Shown here piece after piece: positions 43,025-43,251 of a stretch of 43,251 bases of DNA. Made by a program: the position numbers and the translations under genes. The DNA comes from a bacterium (GTDB lineage Bacteria > Bacillota > Clostridia > Peptostreptococcales > Anaerovoracaceae), in contig CAVDMD010000001.1 of the NCBI GenBank assembly GCA_963609975.1, positions 1 to 43,251 on the forward strand, given 5' to 3'. The notes under the pieces are model-generated. The model was not told the DNA's origin, searched no databases, and worked only from the letters and a program-made list of their open reading frames with translations. Every line of letters starts with the position of its first letter. The stretch's first letter is position 1.

Positions 43025-43251
43025 ACTTTTTCGCTCCTTTCAAAATGCAGATATTCATCCGGCACCTCCTGCGAACGAAAGCATACCTGCAGATTTGGTT
43101 TTTCATATCTCAGCCTGCCTATTGCTTCAGTTTTGTCTATCAGCCCGTCAAAAAACAGTTCAACAGTGTTAAATACCTTATCATTTGCAACACCTCCGAC
43201 AACAATATCATAGTCTGTTGTATCACTGCCGCTTCGGCAATTCAAAATAAA
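43021..43251 (-). CDS. DUF3990-like protein, C-terminal part (5' end outside the window)
   Basis: The frame is open to the right edge. ...DIVVGGVANDKVFNTVELFFDGLIDKTEAIGRLRYEKPNLQVCFRSQE... resembles DUF3990. Confidence 0.5.
   Translation of the reverse strand, partial: FILNCRSGSDTTDYDIVVGGVANDKVFNTVELFFDGLIDKTEAIGRLRYEKPNLQVCFRSQEVPDEYLHFERSEKV

Noticed and set aside
1-43251. CRISPR arrays, tRNA/rRNA genes, intact IS elements or prophage blocks
   Set aside because: Reading the intergenic regions showed no repeat-spacer periodicity, no cloverleaf-like tRNA sequences, no inverted terminal repeats flanking a transposase, and no phage structural genes.

Overview
43.25-kb chromosomal segment, apparently from a spore-forming Clostridia-type Firmicute. 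Supporting signs: spoVAC-AD-AE, an IspH-S1 fusion, a split MetH, class-A RNase P RNA and GGAGG-type RBSs. Nearly all genes are on the minus strand. Most of the window is housekeeping: PBP1A, maf, rnpB, the dgt-dnaG-rpoD-trmK-nif3 operon, dut, an M16 peptidase, ispH/rpsA, rarA and the metF-metH operon. The stand-out region is the left ~9 kb, which is a compact c-di-GMP circuit around a minimal type IV pilus gene set. It contains a polytopic degenerate-GGDEF/EAL protein, a polytopic GGDEF cyclase, a prepilin gene, a cytoplasmic PAS-like/degenerate-GGDEF/EAL protein, then a clear c-di-GMP-I (GEMM-I) riboswitch with terminator in front of pilB-pilT. PilB itself carries tandem MshEN-type c-di-GMP-binding motifs. 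Two G9 homopolymer tracts and a shared leader motif lie at regulatory positions in this locus. Other items worth follow-up: an orphan 345-aa cysteine-rich protein with a sigma-K-like promoter, which may be a spore coat or exosporium component; a catalase-fold protein with all three catalytic residues substituted and its catalase-rel domain on a separate coupled ORF; an EamA transporter with a 16-His tail; a frameshifted AAA-ATPase relic; and a DUF3990/DUF3791 pair at the right edge. No CRISPR array, tRNA, rRNA or intact mobile element was seen. All calls come from reading the sequence and ORF translations by eye; no database search or folding program was run.
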